Positions 10,047-20,029 of a stretch of 64,000 bases of DNA are shown here, in pieces. Source of the DNA: an uncultured archaeon (GTDB taxonomy: Archaea; Asgardarchaeota; Thorarchaeia; Thorarchaeales; Thorarchaeaceae); contig CAZSWP010000012.1 in the NCBI GenBank assembly GCA_964610875.1, positions 1 through 64,000 of the forward strand. The letters run 5' to 3'. The translations under genes and the position numbers were made by a program. Position 1 is the first letter of the stretch, and every line of letters starts with the position of its first letter. The notes under the pieces are model-generated. The model was not told the DNA's origin and searched no databases. It was given only the letters and a program-made list of their open reading frames with translations.

Positions 10047-10059
10047 ACTGGTTTTAATG
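10047..10059 (-). promoter_or_regulatory. Putative TATA-containing promoter motif CATTAAAACCAGT of the rps13-rps4-rps11 operon
   Basis: TTAAAA about 105 nt upstream of the rps13 start; identical 13-mer recurs at 19879-19891. Confidence 0.45.
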
Positions 10060-10160
10060 GCGAAGACGCCATTTCCATATCTTAGTGATAGGACAAGTGA
10101 GATTTTTGATATGTGCCTATAAGGGATTTGCAATGACCATAAGGGGGAGAATGATGAGGT

Positions 10161-10574
10161 TTGCCACGCCACCATCACAATACCAACACGCCAAAAGAAA
10201 TGGAAGGAAAATACGCGAAGTCCGTTTCAGAGTGTCTTAATGAAACCTTATCTGAGTCACTGTTAGAACCTGAACAGCCTCCTGATTCAACATTGGTTTC
10301 TAGCAACAAACTAGCAAATCGGTTTATTTTCCAGAAATGGGGAATCCGTGCATCTCAACGTCGAAAATATCGGAATCTCTTCTCGAAGATACGTCAACAG
10401 TGCCGTGAACTCTTCCGCAGGTATTTGCATGAAGGAAAGGTTGAGGTGTCCAATGATGCAAGGAGACGCACTCTATGGGTTTACAAGTTTGATGATATTC
10501 GAGGAAACCTGATTCTGGGCTTTGCTAGGATTCCGCTTCAGAAACTCCAAGATGAAACAGGAGCTGGCTCATAG
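10161..10574 (+). CDS. Hypothetical protein
   Basis: Stand-alone 137-aa ORF with GAGG RBS-like sequence; no family recognised. Confidence 0.6.
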   Translation: MPRHHHNTNTPKEMEGKYAKSVSECLNETLSESLLEPEQPPDSTLVSSNKLANRFIFQKWGIRASQRRKYRNLFSKIRQQCRELFRRYLHEGKVEVSNDARRRTLWVYKFDDIRGNLILGFARIPLQKLQDETGAGS

Positions 10575-10630
10575 ACATATGCATGTTTAGGTCTACAGGT
10601 AGATTGAATGCACTTCTCTAATTGAAAAGC

Positions 10631-13534
10631 CTACTCAATTAATAGTGATACCCTGCCAGGTAGAGCATATCTTGCTTTATTCTGTGGGTCGTATTCTACC
10701 TTTTCTGCTGGATGAACTATGATCTCAACACCTAGTTCACTCTTCATGAAAGATGCAGAGTCTTTTAGGATACGTACTTCATCTTCTGCACTAGCTGAAT
10801 GTTCCCAGAGTCCGTTCTCTTTTGTAATCCTATCAACAATGGATTTTACACTCTTTCCATGTTTTCGAAACTCTGGATTAGACATTAAGTGTTTCATGAT
10901 ATTGCCGACTATCATAGGGGCATCCATATACCTAACGCTTTTCATTGCATCAAACATCCATTGCGGTGCGACGTAGACATGTACTTTGGATGCTTTCTTA
11001 TCACGTAGCAATTTCATAATCTCACGAATATCCTTCATTGTTGACTCAACAACATGATGAGCATCTTCGACTTCTTTGTCGATTAATTTCGTATCGGCTT
11101 TGGGCCAAGATGTTAAAGTCACATACCCTTCCCGTTTCATTTTCGACCACATCTCTTCCGCGATATGTGGAGTGATAGGTGCTACCAACCTAACCCAAAT
11201 GTCACAAACATACGCCAATGTGGATTCCTTTTCTTCTTTGGGAACATCTTCTCTTCTAATGTAGTGATTTAAGGTCCGAATCATCTCGGAAGTTGCGTTA
11301 ATGGCATAGTCCCTCATCTTGAACGATTCAATAAATTCTGTACAATCTTGAACCAAAGAATTGACTTTAGATAGTAACCAACGGGTCACCATTGTGGGCT
11401 TGTCCTTCTTTCTGTAGATTTTTGGTTCTTTTTTACCGTACTTTGTTACTATATCGATGAACTGTTTCAGTCTACTCCTTACTGCAGGTACATCTTTCTC
11501 TCTCCAATCCATCAGTGAACCTGGTTCTGCTGCGGAAATGGCATAAGTTCTGTAGACGTCTGCTCCATATTTCTTTGGAATCTCTACTAATGGTATGACA
11601 TTACCCTTACTCTTGGACATCTTCCCACCTTCCATAATCAGGTGTTCGTTAAGACTGATTTTCTGTAACCAGTACTTTTCTGGGAAGATAGCCACATGGT
11701 GAAAAATGGCGAAACTCAGGTGATTAGATATATGCGAAGGTGCAGTGTGACGCTGATCATTTGGATACCAATACCTGAACTCACTCTGCATCTTTTTCAA
11801 TAAAGCCACATCAATTGTCGTTTTCTCGGAAACCTTCTTCGGGGTACCTTTTCCTAAAAAGACATAATCAAAGAACTCCAAAGGCAATTGGTTAGGTTTT
11901 ATTTTGTGTTCCGTGATATAGTGTGCAATTGTATAGAAGGCCATGTAGATAGTTGAATCAGACAATGACTCAATAATCCAGTCTGTGTCGAAAGGCAATC
12001 TTGTACCAATTCCACGCTTCCGTGCACATGGTCGTTGCGCTAACCACTCAAATGTGGCTTCGAATAAGTTCCTGAACATCTCTGGTATTATTGGCATGTT
12101 ATTCAGGGCTTTCCAGGCTTCTTCTTTCCATCCTTCACTATTATAGTCCAAGAACCATTGTCCTGCAAAGACTCCTACTTCAACATCTGTGCCGCATTTA
12201 CACATTACAGGACGAGTATCTGGCTCATAGAAGACATCAACATGATTATTTTCCCTCATCCATGCTATGATGTCTTCTTTCACATCTTTAATAGATCTAC
12301 CCGAGAACTGACCACAATTATCTTTCATGACACCATCGTAAAACTCTGCTTTGTAGATCTCTTGTGTGGCCTCCTCTAGTTTCTCGTCCTCTTTCTGTGA
12401 CTTGATATCTCTATTCTCAACTGCATCTTTTGCAGGGAACTCGCTATACCCCTTGATATCAATCATGCCAATGATTTCTATATCTCTGACTTCTTCTGCT
12501 GAAATCCCATATTTCTTCAAATCTGAGGGATCTTCCCATAGGTCACGTAGCGCGATATAGTCAAACGGTGCATGACCGGGGACTGAATAGACTACGCCAG
12601 TCGCATTGTCAGGATTTACAAAATCTGCAGGTAATATGATAATTTCACGGTCATCGTGGATGGCTTTGAACTTCTTACCGATGATTTTCTTACCCTTGAA
12701 CTCTTCCACGATTTCGATGTCTTTCGCCTGCAATTCCAGTTTCTTTGCTGCTGCTTTTGAGATGATCCAAGTGTCTCCATCTACCTGTGCTTTGACATAT
12801 TTCGCTTTGGGATTTATCCACATATTAGTGACACCAAAGACAGTTTCAGGACGCAATGTCGCTGCAACTAGGTATCCATCTTCAAACTGCCATTTGACAG
12901 CTGTGAATTCCTTTATCTTTGCAGTCTCTCCCTCTAGTAAATCGTCTTCTCCAACAGGATTTCCACAATTTGGACAGTATAATAGGGGGTAATTCCCTTG
13001 CTTTATGTACCCCATCTCTTTGAATTTGTGGTACTGCCATTCAATGAACTTGTTGTAGGTCTTATCTCCTGTAGTGAATTTTCTGCGCCAGTCAATACTA
13101 TATCCTAATGCGTCAAAGTCTTTTGAGATTACTTTAGCAAAGAATGCTGCTGTGGTCCATGGGTCTTTGAACTTGGCTAGTTGTGCTTCCACTTCTTCCT
13201 CAGTATCGAAGTATAGTCGTAGGTCTCTTTTGTACTGTTCAATAGCTTCCTTATCACCTGAGTTGATTCTCTCAACCATTCCTAATACAGGCGTACCCGT
13301 CATATGCGATGCCATTGGGAAGAGAACATTGAATCCTTGCATCCTCTTGTATCTTGCAATCAAGTCTCCCATTGTGTAGGTACGACCGTGCCCAATGTGC
13401 AATGCACCATTGGTATATGGATAGGGGACTGTAAGGAAGAACTTGGGTATCTTTGGGTCTGGATCCGCCTCGAATATTCCATCTTTCTTCCAGCGTTTTT
13501 GCCATTTCTTTTCCATCTTGTAGTAATCGCTCAA
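10631..13534 (-). CDS. leuS: Leucine--tRNA ligase (archaeal type)
   Basis: PYPYTNGALHIGH, ATLRPET, IESLSDSTIYMA, KMSKS. Confidence 0.98.
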   Translation of the reverse strand: MSDYYKMEKKWQKRWKKDGIFEADPDPKIPKFFLTVPYPYTNGALHIGHGRTYTMGDLIARYKRMQGFNVLFPMASHMTGTPVLGMVERINSGDKEAIEQYKRDLRLYFDTEEEVEAQLAKFKDPWTTAAFFAKVISKDFDALGYSIDWRRKFTTGDKTYNKFIEWQYHKFKEMGYIKQGNYPLLYCPNCGNPVGEDDLLEGETAKIKEFTAVKWQFEDGYLVAATLRPETVFGVTNMWINPKAKYVKAQVDGDTWIISKAAAKKLELQAKDIEIVEEFKGKKIIGKKFKAIHDDREIIILPADFVNPDNATGVVYSVPGHAPFDYIALRDLWEDPSDLKKYGISAEEVRDIEIIGMIDIKGYSEFPAKDAVENRDIKSQKEDEKLEEATQEIYKAEFYDGVMKDNCGQFSGRSIKDVKEDIIAWMRENNHVDVFYEPDTRPVMCKCGTDVEVGVFAGQWFLDYNSEGWKEEAWKALNNMPIIPEMFRNLFEATFEWLAQRPCARKRGIGTRLPFDTDWIIESLSDSTIYMAFYTIAHYITEHKIKPNQLPLEFFDYVFLGKGTPKKVSEKTTIDVALLKKMQSEFRYWYPNDQRHTAPSHISNHLSFAIFHHVAIFPEKYWLQKISLNEHLIMEGGKMSKSKGNVIPLVEIPKKYGADVYRTYAISAAEPGSLMDWREKDVPAVRSRLKQFIDIVTKYGKKEPKIYRKKDKPTMVTRWLLSKVNSLVQDCTEFIESFKMRDYAINATSEMIRTLNHYIRREDVPKEEKESTLAYVCDIWVRLVAPITPHIAEEMWSKMKREGYVTLTSWPKADTKLIDKEVEDAHHVVESTMKDIREIMKLLRDKKASKVHVYVAPQWMFDAMKSVRYMDAPMIVGNIMKHLMSNPEFRKHGKSVKSIVDRITKENGLWEHSASAEDEVRILKDSASFMKSELGVEIIVHPAEKVEYDPQNKARYALPGRVSLLIE

Positions 13535-13802
13535 AATCTATAACCTCGACTAATTTTACATTGAGTGATTGAAGAGCCAAAAATACTGTCCGCTATAAAG
13601 GACTCGCAAAAGCAGTTACCTATGATGGGCGAGAACGCAATCCATCCTTTGGCTCACTCCAGTTCTTCGGTCACTCCTTTGCCTTATTAGGACTATGGTT
13701 AATGGAATTTGACCAATACTGTAGATATTCTGTTGTTTCGTCAACCTTCAGTTATTTAGGATGAGCGATTGGCCCATTTGCACATTTTTTGAGAAAGATT
13801 GA

Positions 13803-14111
13803 AAAGACATTTTAAGAAATTGTAGAAGGGGAGTTTCTATTGAAACAATCATCTTTGTATATTTCTGTGGTTCTTTTCCTATTGATGGTATTTCGATAGG
13901 CAATGGTTGGAGTGATTGGAGTGGATCAGGAGAATACTCCATTCCTGGAGATTGGAATGCAACGGACAGATATCCTACATTCTATGAATCTGCTCTTCCT
14001 TCTGATAATGAAACCATCGGATTCGCATCAATCGTGATTACTATAGCCTCTGTGATTTGTATTGTCATTGTGATATCTCGGATTATTTTACATCGAAAAC
14101 AAAGTGCCTAG
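13803..14111 (+). pseudogene. C-terminal remnant of a NosD-like surface protein with membrane anchor
   Basis: Startless open frame ending GNGWSDWSGSGEYSIPGDWNATDRYP...TM helix-HRKQSA*, resembling the GNYWSDY...D.YP end of archaeal beta-helix surface proteins. Confidence 0.45.
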
Positions 14112-14179
14112 CTGTATTTCATTCTAAGTCAGGTGCACTAGATTTATAGCATGACCGCAATTTGAGGGCTTGAAGATAT

Positions 14180-14401
14180 TTGATGAGGAGGAGAGTTGTC
14201 ACCTATTCAGTAATTTTGGTAATCACCTTTCTAATTACACTTCTGCCCTTACGCGCACCCCTTCCAAGGACAATCATCAACAATACTACAACGGACAATG
14301 GAATTGGTCCTCTTGATATACCAATGAAAAAAGCATTGGATTCTGAAGTGACCCTGTTTCTAGCTTTAGGAACAACGCCAATTGTCAGAAGACACACCTA
14401 A
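14180..14401 (+). CDS. Small putative secreted/membrane peptide or gene fragment
   Basis: Basic N-terminus followed by hydrophobic stretch. Confidence 0.35.
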   Translation: MMRRRVVTYSVILVITFLITLLPLRAPLPRTIINNTTTDNGIGPLDIPMKKALDSEVTLFLALGTTPIVRRHT

Positions 14402-14448
14402 CATAGATGAAACATATTACCTTTAAGATTCAGTTATTGTGTCAACTT

Positions 14449-15117
14449 ATGGCAGATGAAGGTCATATTAAGAAGAACGATCGAGAATGGATGTTAGATG
14501 CAAAAGGAGAGTATATTGACATCCATGAAGAACTAAGACCTTATTCGGATGTCTTTTCATTTATGCTTCGAGTCCAACAAGAGTATGACTTGAAAAAGTA
14601 CTGCAATGGCTTCAATCAGAGGGGAAGATGGATTTTTCAAATCTATAGTTTCGAGTTCATTAGAGAGCTAGCATCACTCATCAATGAATTACTGAATAAG
14701 AACCCAAATAGTGAACTGGTTTTAGAAGTAATGGCGGGGGACGGACGTCTCTCAGAGTTTCTTAGACCTATTCTCACATCTGACATTAAATCAACCGATT
14801 CCAAGAGTGACCGATATGGGATTGTGCACCCAAAGTGTGTAGAAGAATTAGATGCGACTAAGGCAGTAGAGAAATACCAACCCGATCTTGTATTACTCTC
14901 ATGGGAACCATATCTCTCAGAAAAGGGAGTTGAGATTGTACAGAGAGGAGTTCCAATGATATGGATAGGAAACCCATTGATGTGCGGTCGACCATCCCTT
15001 TTTGAGCATGACTACAAGCAAATTCGAAGTAGATATCTCTTGAGTCGACATGATAGTTTTCTAAAGAAGGAATTCAAATCTGGACTATATCTCTTCAATG
15101 AACACAATATGTCATAA
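14449..15117 (+). CDS. Hypothetical protein with SAM-methyltransferase-like motif I
   Basis: VLEVMAGDG, DATKAV, LVLLSW motifs; start placed at MADEGH. Confidence 0.65.
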   Translation: MADEGHIKKNDREWMLDAKGEYIDIHEELRPYSDVFSFMLRVQQEYDLKKYCNGFNQRGRWIFQIYSFEFIRELASLINELLNKNPNSELVLEVMAGDGRLSEFLRPILTSDIKSTDSKSDRYGIVHPKCVEELDATKAVEKYQPDLVLLSWEPYLSEKGVEIVQRGVPMIWIGNPLMCGRPSLFEHDYKQIRSRYLLSRHDSFLKKEFKSGLYLFNEHNMS

Positions 15118-15157
15118 TGCGTGTTACACAATTTCTTATTCCCTCACTAGCTGATAT

Positions 15158-16120
15158 GTGCATCAGTGTGAGAAAGGTGCCATAACATTGAAACCTGTTG
15201 TTGATGCAATTGATGTGGATCCAAAGACTGGAACAACTCTTGGATTCTATACGTTCGGAGAGGAACGTCCTAATGTCTTAGTCCTCTCTGCGATGGAGGG
15301 TCAATCATCAGGCTCCGTATACACCAGTTTTCTCATAATGAAAAGTCTAGAGGAGATTGATAGGATTGATGGCTCACTAACATTTCTGCCAGTTGCCAAC
15401 CCGCTAGCTTTTCGACTTGGTATGGAGGTCTCTCCTTTGGACTCCCAATATCTTGATACTGTGTTTCCAGGATATGAGATGGGTTCAGTAACAGAACGTA
15501 CTGCTTGGGAGATATGGAGAAAAGTCGTTCAAGCTGACTATGTCATTCACATAAAATCACAGACAACCTCCTGCATCAGTCACATCCATGCAATGCATCG
15601 TGACTATATTCACGTGAGAAATTTCGCATCACAGCTCGGCCTTCCGTTAGTTGTGCAAAGCTCTGGTAGGCGTGGGGCTTTAATCACTGAGGCTGCACAC
15701 GAGGGCATTCCTGCGGTGACTGTGGAGATCCGTGGGTCTAGAGATGATGTAGATCCACAAGCTTCAGTCGAAGTTAGAGAAGTATTACTCAATTTTCTCA
15801 GGATAAAGGACATGATATCAGGGGAGAAGATTGATGTAGAACCAAAATATGCTGGACGTCTACAACAGGTGAATGCCAGTTCAGAAGGGTTCTTCGTATC
15901 AGATATCAATCCTGGTGAAACCATAGAGACGAATGCTCCAATTGGAAGAATCATTGATAGAGAGGAGATAATCAGTCCGTTGTCAGGAACCGTTGTGTCA
16001 CTAAATAGGTTGAATTACGTTTTTGAAGGGGATAGTATTGGTAGAATCGCACAGCCCCTTGTTGACACTTATACGTCGTCTCATGAGGAAGTTGATGAAG
16101 TTCCTAGAAGGAAATGGTAG
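15158..16120 (+). CDS. Succinylglutamate desuccinylase/aspartoacylase-family protein (M14 fold), metal ligands altered
   Basis: GSLTFLPVANPLAF, LDTVFPG...GS.TER.A, GIPAVTVE, C-terminal barrel-sandwich. Confidence 0.85.
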   Translation: MHQCEKGAITLKPVVDAIDVDPKTGTTLGFYTFGEERPNVLVLSAMEGQSSGSVYTSFLIMKSLEEIDRIDGSLTFLPVANPLAFRLGMEVSPLDSQYLDTVFPGYEMGSVTERTAWEIWRKVVQADYVIHIKSQTTSCISHIHAMHRDYIHVRNFASQLGLPLVVQSSGRRGALITEAAHEGIPAVTVEIRGSRDDVDPQASVEVREVLLNFLRIKDMISGEKIDVEPKYAGRLQQVNASSEGFFVSDINPGETIETNAPIGRIIDREEIISPLSGTVVSLNRLNYVFEGDSIGRIAQPLVDTYTSSHEEVDEVPRRKW

Positions 16121-16569
16121 TCGTGAATCCAGAGTATAGCAATGCTGGCAATTTGATGAGCATCAATGTTGGAGACTCCAGAATTCGAAAGAAGGGGTCA
16201 TTACTTCTTATTGGTACATGCATGATGGACAGATATCCTGGAATAGTTGAAGAATATGCAGAGAAGGATGAGGGGAATGCTGTTCTGAAAGTCTGCTTGG
16301 AAGAAACACATGTGAATCAGGCTGGATTCAAGATTGCATCAATTGTAAGATATTCACAACTCAAGAAAGTAACAGTATTGACTGTTGATGGTAGCCCGCA
16401 TTGTGTTCAGCTTCATTATGTCCTTGAAGACATCAAGAAGCATTTCGTGCCCGAACTAGAAACCTCTCACTATGTTGTTGAGAAAGGAAAAACCCACGAA
16501 ATATCTGCAAAAGCAGTGAAGACATCACGTCATTTGCATAAAGTTGAGCCGCTTCTTACTAAGACTTAG
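16114..16569 (+). CDS. Putative Fe-S/metal-binding protein
   Basis: LLIGTC, VCLE, VLTVDGSPHCVQLH; overlaps the upstream stop. Confidence 0.7.
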   Translation: MVVVNPEYSNAGNLMSINVGDSRIRKKGSLLLIGTCMMDRYPGIVEEYAEKDEGNAVLKVCLEETHVNQAGFKIASIVRYSQLKKVTVLTVDGSPHCVQLHYVLEDIKKHFVPELETSHYVVEKGKTHEISAKAVKTSRHLHKVEPLLTKT

Positions 16570-18385
16570 AACTATATCTGGATTGAACTATTACTCCCAC
16601 GATGATGATAACGCAAGCTGTAGCAATAATGACCATCAATGTATCAATCTGCAATAAGGGAATGATATCAGATGCATTAGTTATTGTAGGACTCCACGAA
16701 GTATCCGGATGATAAAAATGACATGGGTTTCGACGAAGGATGTAATGACTACCATCATCATATTCATCGAGAAGGAATGGTCCTGAAGTGAGTAAAGTTT
16801 CGATATCAGGTTCGTAGTGAAGATAGTCGGTTATCTCTAACCAATTCTCCAGAGGTAGCACCCTTTTGTAAGCCACATTATGGACGTGCCAATATGATTC
16901 CTCCTTGTATTCTACTACCACTTTCCAAGGGACTGGGGAATATGCTGCATAAACATCGCGAAGACTCTCTCCAACAGGATGAGTGAATCCCACTTCTCTT
17001 AGGTAATTCATTGTGAACGCAACATCATTCCCGCGCAATTCAGAACCATCATTCCAAGTTGCGTTTGATACCAAGTCGAAAGTTATCCTGGTCCAACCAT
17101 CTGTAACATGTGGGTTATCAGCATGTGTTTCCACAAACCAGTCTGTTGCCAACCAACCGATATCATGACCATCAGGAGAGATTTTTACCATTGAATCGGA
17201 TATTAGATCATAGAGCAGGTGTCTGTGATTTGCATCAACATGCATCGGATTAATTGTTTCAGTTTCAAGCAGTAATGCTATTTTGAGTGTACTATTGAAT
17301 ATGTTTGATGAATCTTCTGAGTTCAAGTAAGCTCGTATTGTTGACCAAAAACCACACAGACCTGCGTCCTGTTGCTCAACTAAGCCCTCAAATCTATCAG
17401 TACGATAAGCTGAGATTCTCTTCGGTTGACATAAAGGAATGATTGGGCATTCTTCTACGATTACTTCTTGCATTGCTTGTGCAGCTGATTCTATGTCATC
17501 ATACTCGGTAGAATACAGCAAGTCCTCACAAAGAGCATCATATGTTTCGTTACTGAAATTCCCTCGATTCCAGTAGTCATATCCAGGATTTTCAATAGCA
17601 TATTTGGATGAAAGGTCAAATGCTAACCATTGGACATCATAGTCGTTGAATGATTTCGCCCATAGCCCAATATCAGGTGAGCCGTGAGAGTACAATCGAG
17701 TCAGATAACTGTAGTAGGATCCTGCAGAAGTACTCACTTGAATACCAACATTCAGTAATGCCTCTGCAACAATAGATGCACTAATCTGGTATCGTTCTTG
17801 TGGGAAATGTTCGATAAATACGCTGAACAGTTCTCCATTGGGGGCTTCTCTAAACCCGTCATCATTAACATCCAAAAAACCAGCATTATCCAACAGAGTA
17901 TTTGCTTCAGTCACTCTTGCATTGTAATAGTTTTCAACAAGGGTTTCCTCAATTGTCATTGGATTGCCTTGAGGAAGTGGCGAATCTAGAGGGATTGCAA
18001 CATCATCATATGCAGTTGTACATATCTTATGCTTATTTACTGCAAGGGCAAGTGCCCTTCGAAATGCCGTTTCATTCAATGGATAGCGTTCACAATTAAT
18101 GAGAAGATAGACAAACCCATTCTTTAGAGTTTCTTCATGTTGAATTCCATCATAGGTGGCAACTAATTCTGGGTCGATATCTGTAATGACATCAACATCA
18201 CCTTGAACTAAGAGTGATAGCTGTTCTTCCGTAGAGTTCACAATCTTGATATCAAGTGTATCAACAAACGGTCCCGTCTTAGAATGACCTGGTAATGTAT
18301 CAGCAATTGCTTGAGAAGAAGATGGTATAAGCAATATTGCAAAAATTAGAAGACTGATCGCCTTGGAAGATAATTTATTCATCAC
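16559..18385 (-). CDS. ABC transporter substrate-binding protein, family 5 (OppA/DppA-like), C-terminal TM anchor
   Basis: Signal peptide; YPLN..AFRRALALAVNK, ATWNDG..L...DVAFT, SGPF...RNP. Confidence 0.9.
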   Translation of the reverse strand: MMNKLSSKAISLLIFAILLIPSSSQAIADTLPGHSKTGPFVDTLDIKIVNSTEEQLSLLVQGDVDVITDIDPELVATYDGIQHEETLKNGFVYLLINCERYPLNETAFRRALALAVNKHKICTTAYDDVAIPLDSPLPQGNPMTIEETLVENYYNARVTEANTLLDNAGFLDVNDDGFREAPNGELFSVFIEHFPQERYQISASIVAEALLNVGIQVSTSAGSYYSYLTRLYSHGSPDIGLWAKSFNDYDVQWLAFDLSSKYAIENPGYDYWNRGNFSNETYDALCEDLLYSTEYDDIESAAQAMQEVIVEECPIIPLCQPKRISAYRTDRFEGLVEQQDAGLCGFWSTIRAYLNSEDSSNIFNSTLKIALLLETETINPMHVDANHRHLLYDLISDSMVKISPDGHDIGWLATDWFVETHADNPHVTDGWTRITFDLVSNATWNDGSELRGNDVAFTMNYLREVGFTHPVGESLRDVYAAYSPVPWKVVVEYKEESYWHVHNVAYKRVLPLENWLEITDYLHYEPDIETLLTSGPFLLDEYDDGSHYILRRNPCHFYHPDTSWSPTITNASDIIPLLQIDTLMVIIATACVIIIVGVIVQSRYSSKS

Positions 18386-18486
18386 TACTCCCTCAATCGC
18401 AATAATATTCCAATCAAATACATACTATCTCTAATTTGTACTTGAAGTTACTTGTGCCAGCATTACACAAATGTGTTCGTTCTTTT

Positions 18487-19113
18487 TCATTCCTGACCAA
18501 ATTTTGGTAAGACGAAACCCGCTTGTTTCTTATATTCTAGATAGTCCTCACCATAGTGAAGAATGAGTTTTTTCTCTTCTAGGTATGCTCCAATAAGAGT
18601 ATACACTATGAGGGATAGTACAAATACTATGACTCTTGGAAACGGATAGACCAGGCCCAGACCGATGAGTAATAGTATGGTAGCTAGATATAGGGGATGT
18701 CGAATTCGAGAGTAGATTCCGTCAGTGATCAACTCAGGCATTCTATCCGTCCGCATATCAGCAACAGTACTAACAGAGATTACTTTTGAAGCAGCAGCAG
18801 CAATTACCCCTCCAATAATCATTAGGACAATTCCAGAGATGAACGTAAATGGTTCAATTAATGAAACGTCGCGAATGAAGTATAGCCAATCCCAAAACCA
18901 CATTGATAGAAAGGCAAGACCTATTGTTATCACACTCGTGATGGTAAATATGTTGGAATAGCCTTCCTTTCCCCATCTATCGATTATCCCGTTCTTAATT
19001 CTAAGTGCCGAGATTCCGCTGTGTTGCAACCCGAATATTCCCACTGTGATTATAATGACAACATACTCAAGCATCATATTCATCTCTAATTTATCGGTGT
19101 TTATGCGTTGCAC
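18487..19113 (-). CDS. Isoprenylcysteine carboxyl methyltransferase (ICMT/PEMT) family membrane protein
   Basis: LITDGIYSRIRHPLY, EEKKL...YG..Y..YK. Confidence 0.88.
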   Translation of the reverse strand: MQRINTDKLEMNMMLEYVVIIITVGIFGLQHSGISALRIKNGIIDRWGKEGYSNIFTITSVITIGLAFLSMWFWDWLYFIRDVSLIEPFTFISGIVLMIIGGVIAAAASKVISVSTVADMRTDRMPELITDGIYSRIRHPLYLATILLLIGLGLVYPFPRVIVFVLSLIVYTLIGAYLEEKKLILHYGEDYLEYKKQAGFVLPKFGQE

Positions 19114-19167
19114 TAAGCTTATAAGAAACTATTGTTAAGTATATGATAACCATTGTTAATTAATTAG

Positions 19168-19743
19168 GTGTACAAAATGATAGAAATACCAGAGAACCCT
19201 TTCAAGCCTCTTGAGCTATGGGACGAATCCATGGTAACTGTAAAGGATGGCGATGACCGTAAACAGGTTGACGCAAAGCATTACCATGTGATGTATCTTG
19301 TCGGAGAAGGCTTGGACAAGAAGTTTGTGCATTCCGGAGAAGGTATCGAGTCTTATAATGAGAAGACACTCTACATAGCACCAAGTGTCCATAAGATCTC
19401 TGAAGAACCCTTTCACTATGATGGAAATGTAGTTCGTCAATTGAGTGGCAAGGAAAACACAGAGCAAACCAAAGACTTGAAGCGACTTGATTTCTGCGAA
19501 GATCACGAATTGGTAGAAGTTGCTTTTGAGAGTCCAGGTGTGGAATGTTGTGCCATGACAAAGGAACAAGCTGACAAGCAGAAAGTACCTCTACAGTACC
19601 TTGCTGGATACCTTCTTGGGAAAGCTGATGGTATAGTGAAGGTTGCATTATCAAAGACTGAACTCGAATCAGGTGGCGCATACTATGAGAGTATCCATGT
19701 GATTCCAGAATCAGCAATAAAGACCATTCAGTGTCTGGAATAA
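19168..19743 (+). CDS. Hypothetical protein
   Basis: 191-aa acidic ORF with protein-like composition. Confidence 0.75.
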   Translation: MYKMIEIPENPFKPLELWDESMVTVKDGDDRKQVDAKHYHVMYLVGEGLDKKFVHSGEGIESYNEKTLYIAPSVHKISEEPFHYDGNVVRQLSGKENTEQTKDLKRLDFCEDHELVEVAFESPGVECCAMTKEQADKQKVPLQYLAGYLLGKADGIVKVALSKTELESGGAYYESIHVIPESAIKTIQCLE

Positions 19744-19786
19744 ACATCACGCTTGCTATTAGGTCACAACCCGACCAGAGCAAAAC

Positions 19787-19862
19787 GGTGGGCGTTTCAA
19801 CTCATCTCCCTGTTTCCACTGACCCCTACACAGTTGGACAGTTTCGCTCCGAGACGCCCACC
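19787..19862. ncRNA. Candidate structured non-coding RNA
   Basis: GC-rich closing stem GGTGGGCGTTTC/GAGACGCCCACC in an AT-rich intergenic region, internal stems, promoter-like motif at 19879-19891 on the minus strand. Confidence 0.4.
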
Positions 19863-20029
19863 AACCTGCTCTCTATATACTGGTTTTAATGAGAAAACAA
19901 CTATTATCCTATCCAATAACTTATATACTCATAAATTAGCGCTTCGATTTGCATTTAATCAAAATGCGTTTTTCTGTTAGTCTGGAAGTCGCATTTTGAA
20001 GGCCAACCATAACATTGGTATATAATTAG

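Noticed and set aside
10719-13580. Many short ORFs overlapping leuS (and similar ones over selB, hdrA, map and the M20 gene)
   Set aside because: Shadow or alternative frames of well-supported genes with no protein motifs.
19202-19783. 193-aa minus-strand ORF
   Set aside because: Antisense to 19168-19743, which has more protein-like composition; no motifs.
19787-19862. Hammerhead ribozyme or tRNA reading of the candidate ncRNA
   Set aside because: GUC and GAAAC flank a stem, but the CUGANGA core is GAGAUGA with no stem II; there is also no T-arm or 7-nt anticodon loop.
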